DNA of 64,000 nt. Source: an uncultured Actinomycetes bacterium. GTDB taxonomy: Bacteria > Actinomycetota > Thermoleophilia > UBA2241. The stretch covers positions 192,001 to 256,000 of the forward strand of contig CAVRZA010000001.1 of the NCBI GenBank assembly GCA_963725665.1. The letters run 5' to 3'. A model generated the notes under the pieces. The model ran no database searches, had not been told where the DNA came from, and saw only the letters and a list, made by a program, of their open reading frames with translations. Below are positions 21,531 to 31,260 of this stretch, one piece after another (within the stretch, counting starts at the first letter, position 1; every line of letters begins with the position of its first letter). Both the position numbers and the translations under genes were made by a program.

Positions 21531-22985
21531 TCACAGGAACCCGCGCAGCTTCTGCGCCGCCAGGTTCGCCAGCCGGAGCTCGATGGGAAACCCGAAGGAG
21601 CGGTTCTTCCAGCGATAGCGTGCGGCCTTGTTCATGACGCCGTAGGCGGCCTTGAACGCGGCGCCGTGCTCGTCGACGCGCGACTGAGGGTAGAACGCGT
21701 ACCTGGTCACGGCCGAGATCGTGCGCAGCTTCTCGACATAGGCCCTGGTATGCCAGGGCGGCTCGAAATGGAACACCTCGATCTCGCCCCACTCCTCCAG
21801 TGACCGCGGCGGCGTGAACTCGGGAGGGAGCGTCTCGAGCAGAGGGCTTGGGAAAGGCGTGTAGAGGAAGATGCCGTAGTGCTGCGTGCGCGGGTTGGTC
21901 TCGCCCATCCGGTCCATCAAGTCGAACGTCTTCTCCATGTCCTCATACGTCTCTCCGGGAAGACCGCTGAGCCACGAGACGAAGGGATCGATCGACGGTG
22001 CCCAGTCGTGCAGCTTTCTCACCGACGTGAGGATCTGCTCCGCCGTGACGTCTTTGCACACGAGCTCCTGCAGGCGCTCGGCGCCGCTCTCGCCGCCGAA
22101 ATCGAGCTCTCTGCAGCCTGCTCGCTCCAGCAGGCTCACGAACTCCTCGTCGTACCGGGCGAGGTAGTCGAAGCGGCAGTTCGCCCGCCAGGCGACTTTG
22201 ACGTCGCGATGCAGGATCTCTTTGCAGATCGCCTCGACGCGCTTGCGATCGACGAAGAAGTTGTCGTCGACAGGGTCGATGATCTTCACGTGCGGGAAGC
22301 GCTCCAGCACGTACGCCATCTCGTCGACGACGCGCTGCGGGCTCTTGCCCCGCCAGCGGCGCTTGTTGAAGCCGGTGTTGTAGCAGAAGCCGCATCTGCT
22401 GGGGCAGCCGCGACTCGTCTGGAGGTGGGCGCGACCGGCCTGCAGGGTCGGGTAGCTCTCCAGCCGCAGCAATTCGTAGGGCAGCTCGATCGGGATGCCG
22501 TCGAGGTCGATTAGGTCGGCGTCGGGAGTGCTCGAGATCGCCCCGTCGTTCTTGAAGGTCACACCGTTCACGTCGTCGAGCGGCTCACCGGCGGCGAGCC
22601 TGTCGGCCAGGGGGCCGACGACAGGCTCGCCCTCACCGCGGACCACGACGTCGACGAGCTCGCTGGCGGCGGTCTGCTCGGGAAGCAGCGTGGGATGCAC
22701 GCCGCCCCAGACGATGGGAACGCGGGGCCGCTCGGCGCGCACCTTCTTCGCGAACTCGCGCCCGTAGCGGATCTGTGGGCCGCTCATACAGGTCACGCCG
22801 ACGAACACGGGATCGCCGAGGTCGAGGCCGCGGGAGTCTTCGAGCCGCATGTCGACGATGCGTACCGCGTAGCCGGCGTGCCGGAGCGCGCTCGCCACGT
22901 AGAGTAGCTGGAGAGGGACCTGCGGGTCCGGGGCTCTGTGTCTGCCCGGGAAGACGAGCAGGACTTCGTTGCGCGGACTTCTCAC
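21531..22985 (-). CDS. B12-binding radical SAM protein (1)
   Basis: WGGVHPT, GEGE B12 domain; SRGCPSRCGFC; DDNFF. Confidence 0.92.
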   Translation of the reverse strand: MRSPRNEVLLVFPGRHRAPDPQVPLQLLYVASALRHAGYAVRIVDMRLEDSRGLDLGDPVFVGVTCMSGPQIRYGREFAKKVRAERPRVPIVWGGVHPTLLPEQTAASELVDVVVRGEGEPVVGPLADRLAAGEPLDDVNGVTFKNDGAISSTPDADLIDLDGIPIELPYELLRLESYPTLQAGRAHLQTSRGCPSRCGFCYNTGFNKRRWRGKSPQRVVDEMAYVLERFPHVKIIDPVDDNFFVDRKRVEAICKEILHRDVKVAWRANCRFDYLARYDEEFVSLLERAGCRELDFGGESGAERLQELVCKDVTAEQILTSVRKLHDWAPSIDPFVSWLSGLPGETYEDMEKTFDLMDRMGETNPRTQHYGIFLYTPFPSPLLETLPPEFTPPRSLEEWGEIEVFHFEPPWHTRAYVEKLRTISAVTRYAFYPQSRVDEHGAAFKAAYGVMNKAARYRWKNRSFGFPIELRLANLAAQKLRGFL

Positions 22986-23132
22986 GACGAGACGCTCTCC
23001 CGACCGTTCGCTTTCGAGTAGTCTATGACACGTAATCACCGTGTGGACGTCGCGATGTCAGCGACGGGTGTCGAGAGTCGACACTCGGCCGTCTCGAGTC
23101 AAACGGTCCGGCCGGTCGAGGAGAGGAACATC

Positions 23133-24461
23133 TTGCCCAGGGTAGCCTTGGTGTTTCCCTATTTCCGCACCAGAGCGCCGACCGAGGTGCTGTTCCCTCC
23201 GCTCGGCGTGGCCACTCTCGCCGCCCAGCTGCGCAAGCTCGCGATCGAGACGCGGGTCTTCGACTGCACGTTCGGCACGTTTGAACGCCTCCGCGCCGAC
23301 CTGCTCGGCTACGAGCCCGACATCGTGGGCGTCTCAACGATGGTCAGCCTGACGCGCAACACGCTGCGCGTCGCCGAGATGGTCAGGGAGAGCCTCCCGC
23401 GCAGCCTGCTCGTCGCCGGCGGCCCCCTGCCCACCGTGTTCCCCCGCCGCTACACGGGACGGTTCGACGCGGTCTTTCGCGGAGAGGCCGACGTGAGCTT
23501 CCCCCGCTTCTGCTGGGACTATTTGGGGCAGCGCGCCGAGCGCGGGGCGCTCGGCGCGCTGCCCCTCGACGTCTATGACGGCCTGTTCGTGCCGAATCAT
23601 GGCCTGATGGTCGACAACCCGACCGTGCACCACGGCGAGGGTGAGCTGGAGTCGTTTCCGTTGCCCGACCGCAGCGACTTCGACCACGCCGCCTATCAGG
23701 AGGCGTGGCTGCGGGCGACGGGGTCGAAGGTCACGTCGATCATCGTCACTCTCGGTTGTCCTTTCGGCTGCGACTTCTGCTCGAAGCCCGTCTTCGGCAG
23801 TCTCGTCCGTCGCCGGAGTCTCGACGCCGTCTTCGCCGAGATCGAGCAGCTCCACGACCTCGGCTACGACGGCCTGTGGATCGCCGACGACACCTTCACG
23901 TTGAGTCGGCCCCATCTCGAGGAGTTCTGCCGGCGCATGGTCGAGCGGCAGGCGGTGCACCGGGGGATGAGCTGGAGCTGCCTTTCGCGTGTGGACGGGA
24001 TCGACGCTGCGACGGCGCGCGACATGAAAGAGGCGGGTTGCCGGAGAGTCTATCTCGGCCTCGAGTCGGGCAGCCAGGCGACGCTCGACTTGATGAAGAA
24101 GCAGGTCGCGGTCGAAGAGGGGATCCGGGCGGTCCACCTCTACCGCGAGGCGGGCATCGAGGTCGCCGGCTTCTTCATCGTCGGCTACCCGGGGGAGTCC
24201 GTCTCTTCGATCGAGGAGACCCTCAGGCTCGCGTTGACGCTGCCGCTCGACGAGATCTCGTTCAACGTCCCCTATCCGTTGCCGGGCTCGCGGCTGTTCG
24301 AGCGGCTCGGGAGCCCCGACGAGGGCCGGGACTGGGAAAGCGAGAACGAGGTCACCTTCGTCTATCCCTCGGAGATCGACGAAGCGTGGCTGCGCCGCCG
24401 CATCGAGGAGACCGTGGAGGCTTTCGCGCAGAAGCGGCAGCCGGCGGCGGTCCGCGGTTGA
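23133..24461 (+). CDS. B12-binding radical SAM protein (2)
   Basis: FPPLG, GGPLPT, GCPFGCDFC, DDTF, GLESGS. Confidence 0.92.
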   Translation: MPRVALVFPYFRTRAPTEVLFPPLGVATLAAQLRKLAIETRVFDCTFGTFERLRADLLGYEPDIVGVSTMVSLTRNTLRVAEMVRESLPRSLLVAGGPLPTVFPRRYTGRFDAVFRGEADVSFPRFCWDYLGQRAERGALGALPLDVYDGLFVPNHGLMVDNPTVHHGEGELESFPLPDRSDFDHAAYQEAWLRATGSKVTSIIVTLGCPFGCDFCSKPVFGSLVRRRSLDAVFAEIEQLHDLGYDGLWIADDTFTLSRPHLEEFCRRMVERQAVHRGMSWSCLSRVDGIDAATARDMKEAGCRRVYLGLESGSQATLDLMKKQVAVEEGIRAVHLYREAGIEVAGFFIVGYPGESVSSIEETLRLALTLPLDEISFNVPYPLPGSRLFERLGSPDEGRDWESENEVTFVYPSEIDEAWLRRRIEETVEAFAQKRQPAAVRG

Positions 24462-24470
24462 TCGCTGCTC

Positions 24471-25859
24471 CTACCGTAGGCGCCTGAGCAGCCTGTCGGT
24501 GGGTCTCTCGAAGGCTCTGAGCACGGCGGGAGCGGCTCTGCCGCAGCGCCGCTTGATCTCGAACTGCGCGCGACCCTTCAGCATCGCGAAGCGCATCTTC
24601 GTCGCCGAGACGTCGGCGTCGAAGGTGAGCGTGTGATCCAGGAGAAGCCCGCCGTGCTGCCGCCAGGCGCGCGTGCGCCGGGGGCCGATCCTGTCGAGGA
24701 GCGGTGTTCCGGGGAGCGGATAGGGCATGGTGAGGCCCAGGTAGTCCAGCGGCAGCGACCCGGCGAAGCGCAGGGTGTCGAGCACGGTGTCGTCGCTGTC
24801 GCCGGGGTAGAAGAGGATGAAGAACGCCCCTACCTGCAGGCCCGCGCGATGGGCCGCCTCGACGGCGCTCCTCGCCTGATCCGTCGTGATCTGCTTCTTC
24901 ATGAGCCTCAGGACCTCATCGTTGCCGGACTCGATCCCGAAGAAGATCCTGAAGCAGCCCGCGTCTCTCATCGCGCGGGCCGTCTCATCGTCGAGCGAGT
25001 CGACGCGGCCGAGGCATTCCCATGAGAAGCGCAGCCGGCGGCGGGTGATCTCGTCGCAGATCGAGATCACCCGCCGCCGGTTCAGCGTGAACACGTCGTC
25101 GGCGAACGAGATGCGGTCGTAGCCGAGAGCGAGGGCCTCCTCGATCTCGTCGACCACGTTCCCCGGCGACCGTTCGCGGTAGGAATCGCCGAAGACGACG
25201 TTGCTGCAGAACTCGCACTCGTACGGGCAGCCGCGCGTGCTCATGAGCGTGGTGATCGCGTAGCTGTCTCTGCGTCTGCCGTGGTCGATGTAGCGCTGGT
25301 TGGGGAGGAGCTCGCGGGCGGGGAAGGGGATGCGGTCGAGGTCGCGCGCGAGCGGGCGCGGGGGGGCGGGCACGCCCGCCGCGTCGGGCGCGGAGGTTCC
25401 CTGCTCGCCGGCGTCGTCTCTCCGCTGGCGGCAGACGACGCCGGGTATCTCTTTCATGTCGCCGCCGCTCGCGAATGCGGCGACGATCTCACGTATCGTC
25501 TCCTCCCCCTCGCCGCGAACGACGACGTCGAAGTGATCCCTGAAGGCCTCGGGGTCGCACGTCGGCAGCGGACCGCCTGCCACCAGCAGCCGGCAGTGGC
25601 CGCGCAGGCGGTCGGCGAACCAGAGGCAGTCGTCCAGTAGCGTGACCATGCAGGAGATGCCGACGATCTCCGCCCGCGCCGTCAGGGCCTCGGCAAGGGC
25701 CTCGTCCCTGCGCATGAACGTGCAGTCGAGCACCTGCACGGTGTGCCCGGCCTCCTTGAGGCTCGCCGCGAGGTAGGCCACGCCGAGCGGGGGGAACCGG
25801 AACCGTGAGCGGTCTCGCCGCGGGCGAAAGAACGGGTAGATGAGCAGGACGGAGGTCAT
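24471..25859 (-). CDS. B12-binding radical SAM protein (3)
   Basis: FPPLG, GGPLPT, RGEGE, RGCPYECEFC, DDVF, GIESG. Confidence 0.92.
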   Translation of the reverse strand: MTSVLLIYPFFRPRRDRSRFRFPPLGVAYLAASLKEAGHTVQVLDCTFMRRDEALAEALTARAEIVGISCMVTLLDDCLWFADRLRGHCRLLVAGGPLPTCDPEAFRDHFDVVVRGEGEETIREIVAAFASGGDMKEIPGVVCRQRRDDAGEQGTSAPDAAGVPAPPRPLARDLDRIPFPARELLPNQRYIDHGRRRDSYAITTLMSTRGCPYECEFCSNVVFGDSYRERSPGNVVDEIEEALALGYDRISFADDVFTLNRRRVISICDEITRRRLRFSWECLGRVDSLDDETARAMRDAGCFRIFFGIESGNDEVLRLMKKQITTDQARSAVEAAHRAGLQVGAFFILFYPGDSDDTVLDTLRFAGSLPLDYLGLTMPYPLPGTPLLDRIGPRRTRAWRQHGGLLLDHTLTFDADVSATKMRFAMLKGRAQFEIKRRCGRAAPAVLRAFERPTDRLLRRLR

Positions 25860-25927
25860 CGGCTCGCTGCGGTCATCGGGCCCGCGCGAAGACCATCCCT
25901 CTCGTTCATGCGCATCCCCTCGTTCAT
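25856..25927 (-). CDS. Possible 23-aa translationally coupled mini-ORF MNEGMRMNERDGLRAGPMTAASR
   Basis: ATG overlaps upstream TGA (ATGA) and its TGA overlaps the rSAM(3) ATG (ATGA); fills the gap exactly. Confidence 0.35.
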   Translation of the reverse strand: MNEGMRMNERDGLRAGPMTAASR

Positions 25928-26760
25928 CCCGTCCTCTCGATCCGCATGTCGTAGCCGAACCGCTCTAGGGTCGGCGCGAAGGAGTAGCCGAAGCCCGACC
26001 ACGCCACGCGAGAGCCGATGAGCTCTCTACCCCGGTCGAGTCGCGCGCCGTCGACCTGCCCGAGCGAGAAGGCGACGCCGCGTGTGGCGCTGACGAACGA
26101 AGCCCGCGCGGCCGTGACCTGGTTCCAGGTGCCGATCTCGTCACCTTGAAGCGCGACTCCGTCGGCATCCTCGTAGCGGTCGAAGTGCCGCGCCCCCTGC
26201 TCGTTCATCACGATCACCTCGGTGACGCCGTGGAGGGGCGCGTCGGGTGGCCGAAGCGAGACGCCGACGCGCCTCTCGTCGGCATGCACGACGTAGACCA
26301 TCGTCAGCGTAGCGACCCTCTCGGCCTCCTCGAAGGTCGTCGCCCAGCCGAACGTGCGGCGCAGGGCGTTGGACGTCGCGGTCAGCGGGCCCCGCAGCAC
26401 CGGCGAGCGGCGGTGCAGCGCCGCTAGAGCGTTCTTGGCCGCGTAGAGCGACCGGGGACTCAAGGGTGTGCCGCCGGGCCCGGCCAGACGTTCGACGAGG
26501 TTCATGTCGAAGGCGGCCGTCACGACGCGGTCTCCGTCCACGAGTTGTGAGGTCAGTTCGACCGCTCCCGGAAAGATCGTCTGGATGCCACGCTTGAGGA
26601 CGGGGACGCCGAACCCGACGCCCTCTTCCGCCAGCTCCTCTGCCCGGTCGAGCAGCAGGAGCCCCTTCTGCAGTCGTCGCGTCGGGTAGCCCCCGCCTCC
26701 ACCAGATCGGTCGCCGATCGTCAGCGCGAGGCCGTCGCGCAGAGGGATGTTCAGCTCCAC
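25924..26760 (-). CDS. Hypothetical soluble protein in radical SAM cassette
   Basis: VELNIPLRDG...EEGVGFGVPV...MNEQGA.HF...GRE..GSR.AWSGF; GAGGAG RBS, overlaps upstream gene. Confidence 0.75.
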   Translation of the reverse strand: MELNIPLRDGLALTIGDRSGGGGGYPTRRLQKGLLLLDRAEELAEEGVGFGVPVLKRGIQTIFPGAVELTSQLVDGDRVVTAAFDMNLVERLAGPGGTPLSPRSLYAAKNALAALHRRSPVLRGPLTATSNALRRTFGWATTFEEAERVATLTMVYVVHADERRVGVSLRPPDAPLHGVTEVIVMNEQGARHFDRYEDADGVALQGDEIGTWNQVTAARASFVSATRGVAFSLGQVDGARLDRGRELIGSRVAWSGFGYSFAPTLERFGYDMRIERTG

Positions 26761-28187
26761 CGCATTGTCTCCTCGCGCGCATCCCCCGCTGGAACCGGAT
26801 GCTCGACGGCTCGGGGCGTCCATCTCCTCAGGCAGGTGAAGACGATCCACCACCCGACGACCTGCCAGGCGACTACGACAGCCGCCTTGGCAAGCAGGAG
26901 GCCGTGGCTGTGGCGCACGGCGAACGGCAGCGTCTGCTGCATGACATCGGGAAACGCGACCCACAGGAGGTGCAGTGGTGAGGTGTTGAAGAGGGTGAAC
27001 ACGAGAGGCAGCACCCAGAGGGCGGTCAGGGCGCGACGGTCGAGGGCGCCCATCGAGGTCAGTATGACGGCCATTGGCAGCACCAGGACGACGTTCGTCT
27101 CGGCGAGCCAGGTCCGCGTGAGAAAGACGATCAGGGTGAACGCAAGGCTCATTCTCAGCAGGTCCTCGAGGCCGCCGTCGCCGCGCTTGAGCGCCAGGAT
27201 GCCCAACGCCAGGGCGGCGATCCAGACGAGGCCCAGGAGCCACCATCTGCCCTGCATGAGGAGCGGGTCGCGGAAGACCCTGATGACCGTCGTGTACGAC
27301 ATCGCCCCGCGCAGGACGAAGTGGGCGTTGAGATCCTGCGAGAACGGGGCCCGGCTCCATCCGAAGACGAAGAACGGGGCCACGTAGAACGCGAACACCC
27401 CGCCGATGAACAGCGCCGAGTAGCGGATCGCGCTGCGCCAGGATACGCCGACGAGACGGATGAGCGCGGCGGGCAGAAGCGATAGAGCGGTAGGCTTGAA
27501 GCATACGGCCAGGGCCAGCACGAGGGCCGAGCCGTCTCGTCGCCGCGCTGAGAGAAGAGCGAGAGCCGCAAGGGAGAACAGCGCGACGACGGCGTCGATC
27601 TGACCCCAGGCGGCGCCGAAGTAGAGAAGGCACGGGTTCAAGAGCATGAGCGTCCACGCCTTGCGTGACGCCGCGCGTGGGGCGCCGAGGTTCTCGAGGA
27701 TCGCCCCGACCAGGTAGGCGAGGCCGATGGTGGCCGCGATCACGGGGATCTTGATGGCGAGGTTGTAGACGAGGAGGTTGTGGGCGAGCGCGTAGGAGCC
27801 CCGATACACGAGGCCCAAGGCCAGCGGCCATGGGGGTGGGTACCCCACCGCCGACGGCACGTCGAAGAACATGTGGTGGAACACCCGGTTGAGGTTGTGG
27901 GCCACGTACGGGTCGTGTCCGGTGCCGACCAGGTAGCCCGTGGCCATGAAGACGCGCGTGTCGGTGGAGTGCCCGAAGAAGACCCCGAGCGCGAGCTGTA
28001 GCGCGATGCTGAGGATGAGGATCCGGCGGTCGGGCGTCGCGAAGCGCTTCCAGCCGCCGGCGCCAGCGTGAACGACGGGCGCGACGGCCGCCCCATCCGC
28101 GGCGGCTGCTTGAGGCCTGGTCTGCCCCTGGGTGCCCACCGTCACATCCCCGAGGCTGGACCAGGACAGCCCATCATCCCGCGACAC
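26751..28187 (-). CDS. GT-C-type (GT87/PIG-M-like) multi-TM membrane glycosyltransferase-like protein
   Basis: Luminal acidic loop GHSTD, GYPPPWP, LLNP...WGQIDA, VCFKP; ~11 hydrophobic segments; start uncertain. Confidence 0.7.
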   Translation of the reverse strand: MSRDDGLSWSSLGDVTVGTQGQTRPQAAAADGAAVAPVVHAGAGGWKRFATPDRRILILSIALQLALGVFFGHSTDTRVFMATGYLVGTGHDPYVAHNLNRVFHHMFFDVPSAVGYPPPWPLALGLVYRGSYALAHNLLVYNLAIKIPVIAATIGLAYLVGAILENLGAPRAASRKAWTLMLLNPCLLYFGAAWGQIDAVVALFSLAALALLSARRRDGSALVLALAVCFKPTALSLLPAALIRLVGVSWRSAIRYSALFIGGVFAFYVAPFFVFGWSRAPFSQDLNAHFVLRGAMSYTTVIRVFRDPLLMQGRWWLLGLVWIAALALGILALKRGDGGLEDLLRMSLAFTLIVFLTRTWLAETNVVLVLPMAVILTSMGALDRRALTALWVLPLVFTLFNTSPLHLLWVAFPDVMQQTLPFAVRHSHGLLLAKAAVVVAWQVVGWWIVFTCLRRWTPRAVEHPVPAGDAREETMRWS

Positions 28188-28200
28188 ATGCTCGCGCTGA

Positions 28201-28677
28201 CTAGGTACGCACGTAGACGACGAAGTAGACGGCCACGCCCAGGGCTGTGCCGAGCATGTAGAGCAGATAGGCGAGGCGCATGAAGGTCTTGTACCGGGTC
28301 AGGCTTTGACCCTTCGCCTCGAGCTGGTTGGCGCGGATCACGATGAACACTCCCAGCGCGACGCCGATCGCCCCGACGACGGCGTGGATCGTCGTGAGGG
28401 CGTACGTCTCCTTGCCCAGAGCGGCGGGGATCTCGGGGAGCACGTAGAGGACGAAGAACCTGATCATCCAGACGACCACGGGGATGAGGTTCAGACACAC
28501 GGCCGCCGTCTGTACCCAGCGATGCGCGCCATAGCGGCGGGCGACAGCGAGGCGCCAGCCGACCGTGAGCGCCGCCGCCGCCACCAGCGTGATGACGAGC
28601 GACAGGTCGGAGCCCAGGGTGCCGTGCGCCCCCAGAAACCCGGAACCTTCCAGGAATGCGATCATCGATGCCCCCAT
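28201..28677 (-). CDS. DUF420-like membrane protein
   Basis: 4 TM helices with conserved His (AHRWVQ, IHAVVG). Confidence 0.65.
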   Translation of the reverse strand: MGASMIAFLEGSGFLGAHGTLGSDLSLVITLVAAAALTVGWRLAVARRYGAHRWVQTAAVCLNLIPVVVWMIRFFVLYVLPEIPAALGKETYALTTIHAVVGAIGVALGVFIVIRANQLEAKGQSLTRYKTFMRLAYLLYMLGTALGVAVYFVVYVRT

Positions 28678-28843
28678 TCACTGCGCTGTTGGGTTGCCGA
28701 CGCCCGCCTCTGCACTACGCGCGTGCGGCGAGCCTAGCTGGACCGTCCGGTCCAAGCAATGTCATGGGGACCACCCGATGGGACTGTCCCGGTCGGTAGA
28801 ATGACTGGACACACCTCACTTCGTGACACCAAGGGAGTCGGAC

Positions 28844-29830
28844 ATGGTCGCTCGCAGGTTGGGACGCACGGAGATCGAGGTCTCGCCCATCGGCCTCGGC
28901 TGCTGGCAGTTCTCGCAGGGCAAGGGCTTCACGGGGGCCATGTGGTCGGTCCTCGACCAGGCGACCATGGACTCGATCGTGGGGGCGGCGATCCAGGGAG
29001 GCGTCACCTGGTTCGACACGGCGCAGGCATACGGGAACGGACGGTCGGAGCGCGCCCTGGGCACGGCGCTCCATGATCTGGGTGTGCGGCCGGGGGAGGT
29101 CGTGATCGCCACCAAGTGGCTGCCGATCCTCAAGACTGCAGCCAACATCACGCGCACCATCGACACGAGACTCAGTTGCCTGGGCGGGTACCCCATCGAC
29201 CTCTTTCAGATCCACATCCCATGGAGCATCTCGTCGATCGGGGCGCAGATCGGAGAGATGGCGAAGCTGGCGCGTGCCGGCAAGATCCGCGCCTTCGGTG
29301 TGAGCAACTTCTCGGTCGCCCAGATGACGAAGGCGAGCGCGGCTGCGGCGGCGGAGGGCATGACGCTCGCCTCGAACCAGGTGCCCATCAGCGCCCTGGA
29401 CAGGCGGATCGAACGGAACGGAGTGCTCGACATGGCGAGGAGGTCGGGGGTGACGCTCATCGCCTACTCGCCGCTGGCTCAAGGACTCCTCACGGGGAAG
29501 TTCCACGAGGATCCGCGGCTCGTGAGCTTCCTTCCGACTGGGCGCAGATCGCGCCTGAGCCCGGCGAGCCGAGCGTTCACGACAGAGAACCTTCGTCGCA
29601 CGGCGCCGCTGATCGAGGCGCTGCGTGCCATCGCGGCGTCGCATGGCGTCACTCCTTCTCAGGTGGCCCTGTCCTGGCTGATCCGCTTCTACGGGGATAC
29701 TGTCGTGGCTATCCCCGGCGCGTCGCGACCGAACCACGCCAGCGAGAGCGCGGCCGCAATGGATCTCGAGCTCACTGAGAACGAGATGGCGCGCATCGAC
29801 GAGGTCTCGGCGCGCGTGGCCAGGTTCTAG
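28844..29830 (+). CDS. Aldo/keto reductase
   Basis: GLGCWQ, FDTAQAYG, IATK, GVSNF, AYSPLAQG. Confidence 0.93.
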   Translation: MVARRLGRTEIEVSPIGLGCWQFSQGKGFTGAMWSVLDQATMDSIVGAAIQGGVTWFDTAQAYGNGRSERALGTALHDLGVRPGEVVIATKWLPILKTAANITRTIDTRLSCLGGYPIDLFQIHIPWSISSIGAQIGEMAKLARAGKIRAFGVSNFSVAQMTKASAAAAAEGMTLASNQVPISALDRRIERNGVLDMARRSGVTLIAYSPLAQGLLTGKFHEDPRLVSFLPTGRRSRLSPASRAFTTENLRRTAPLIEALRAIAASHGVTPSQVALSWLIRFYGDTVVAIPGASRPNHASESAAAMDLELTENEMARIDEVSARVARF

Positions 29831-29832
29831 TC

Positions 29833-29873
29833 GGTCGCGGCGGGCGGCGCTCAAGGCGCCGCCCGCCGCGACC
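29833..29873 (+). terminator. 18-bp perfect hairpin after AKR
   Basis: GGTCGCGGCGGGCGGCGC-TCAAG-GCGCCGCCCGCCGCGACC. Confidence 0.7.
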
Positions 29874-29967
29874 CCAGCGACACGCCGCCGACGTGCGGGG
29901 CCGACGCCCCGCGTGACCCTGTATGCTGCGCACGACCTATCGGGGCCACGGGCTGGAGGGTGAGGAC

Positions 29968-30483
29968 ATGAAGGCCGTCGTCGTCTACGAGTCCCTGTGG
30001 GGGAACACCGCGGCCGTCGCGCGCGCCATCGCGCAGGGCCTCGGGCCCGACGCGAGGGCGCTCAACACGGCCGAGGCCGACGATGCCGCCCTTGCCGGCG
30101 TCGATCTCATCGTCGCCGGCGCGCCAGTGTTTGGCTTCAAGCTCTCGTCGGAGAAGATGCGCGCCGCGATCCGGGCCAACCCGGGCAAGGCGCCGGCCCC
30201 ACCCGACCTGTCGCACCCGCCGCTGCGAGCGTGGCTCGACGCCTTGCCCGCCGGGCGCGGCCGTTCTGCTGCCTTCGACACACAGGTGCGCGGCCCGTTC
30301 GGGAGCGGCGCGCCGGAGATCGCCCAGGCGCTCGAGCGAGCCGGCTACCGCACGCTGGCCGAGCCGGTCGGCTTCGTGCTGAAGGGCAGGTACGGGCCGC
30401 TGCGCAAGGGCGAGCTCGAGCGCGCGCGGCAGTGGGGGGCGGACCTGAGGGCGGCGATGGAGCGTGCGCCGACCGAAGGCTAG
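29968..30483 (+). CDS. Flavodoxin-like protein
   Basis: VVYESLWGNT, AAFDT, GELERARQWG. Confidence 0.9.
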   Translation: MKAVVVYESLWGNTAAVARAIAQGLGPDARALNTAEADDAALAGVDLIVAGAPVFGFKLSSEKMRAAIRANPGKAPAPPDLSHPPLRAWLDALPAGRGRSAAFDTQVRGPFGSGAPEIAQALERAGYRTLAEPVGFVLKGRYGPLRKGELERARQWGADLRAAMERAPTEG

Positions 30484-30589
30484 GCGCTGGCTCCAAGCCT
30501 TGCAGGCGCGAGCTCGGTCACCGGGTGGAGAAGACAAGCGCGCGCCCTGTGGGCTCGTCAGGAGGCTCGGGACGGCGCGTCTCTCGCGA

Positions 30590-31067
30590 TCAGACTGGTG
30601 CAGCCACCGGCGCGACCACTGTGGTCTCGGCCAGCAGCTTCAGGTTCTCGAGGCTGTCCTCGAAGTCCCGGCGGGTGCGCTTCTCGACGAAGCAGGCGGT
30701 CGGCCACCTTGCCGAGCACGCTTCCGGGAAGCGCGTAGTCGAACTCCGTCGTGATCTCCGTGCCCTCGTCGCGCGGCTCGTGATGGCAGGTCAGCCAGCC
30801 CCAGGTCGCTCCTTCGAACTGCCAGCGCCAGTCGGTGCTGCCGTCCGGGTTGTGCCGCTCCTCGACCGTGCGGTCGATGACGCGCAGCCGCACGCCCATC
30901 ATCAACTGAGTGAACTCCGCCTTCGTCCCCGGCCCTCCGTCGCCGAACACCCTCACGGGGTCGCTCATTCCCACCCAGAACTCGGACCAGCGGTGGGGGT
31001 CCCTCACGATGGTGTCGATGGCGTCGACGGGCGCGTGGATAAGGAGGGTGTGCTTGAGATGAGCCAT
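30590..31067 (-). CDS. SRPBCC/polyketide cyclase-like protein, frameshift near 30693
   Basis: YALPGSVLGKVAD then other frame FVEKRTRRDFEDSLENLKLLAE. Confidence 0.8.
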
Positions 31068-31260
31068 GAGCACCTCCTCTCGTGGCCGTTCCCTTGCAGG
31101 GTGCGCCGCCGCTCCCGAGCCTCCTGCACCCAACCTACTCCTCTCAGACTAGTAGTCAACGTTGGGGCGCCGACGCGGTCACGCCAAGGCTCCCTGCGCA
31201 GCGCCGCTCCGGCGCTCAGGCGGCGAGGGGTGGAGCCGGCCTGCGCATTCCTGAGCCGCT

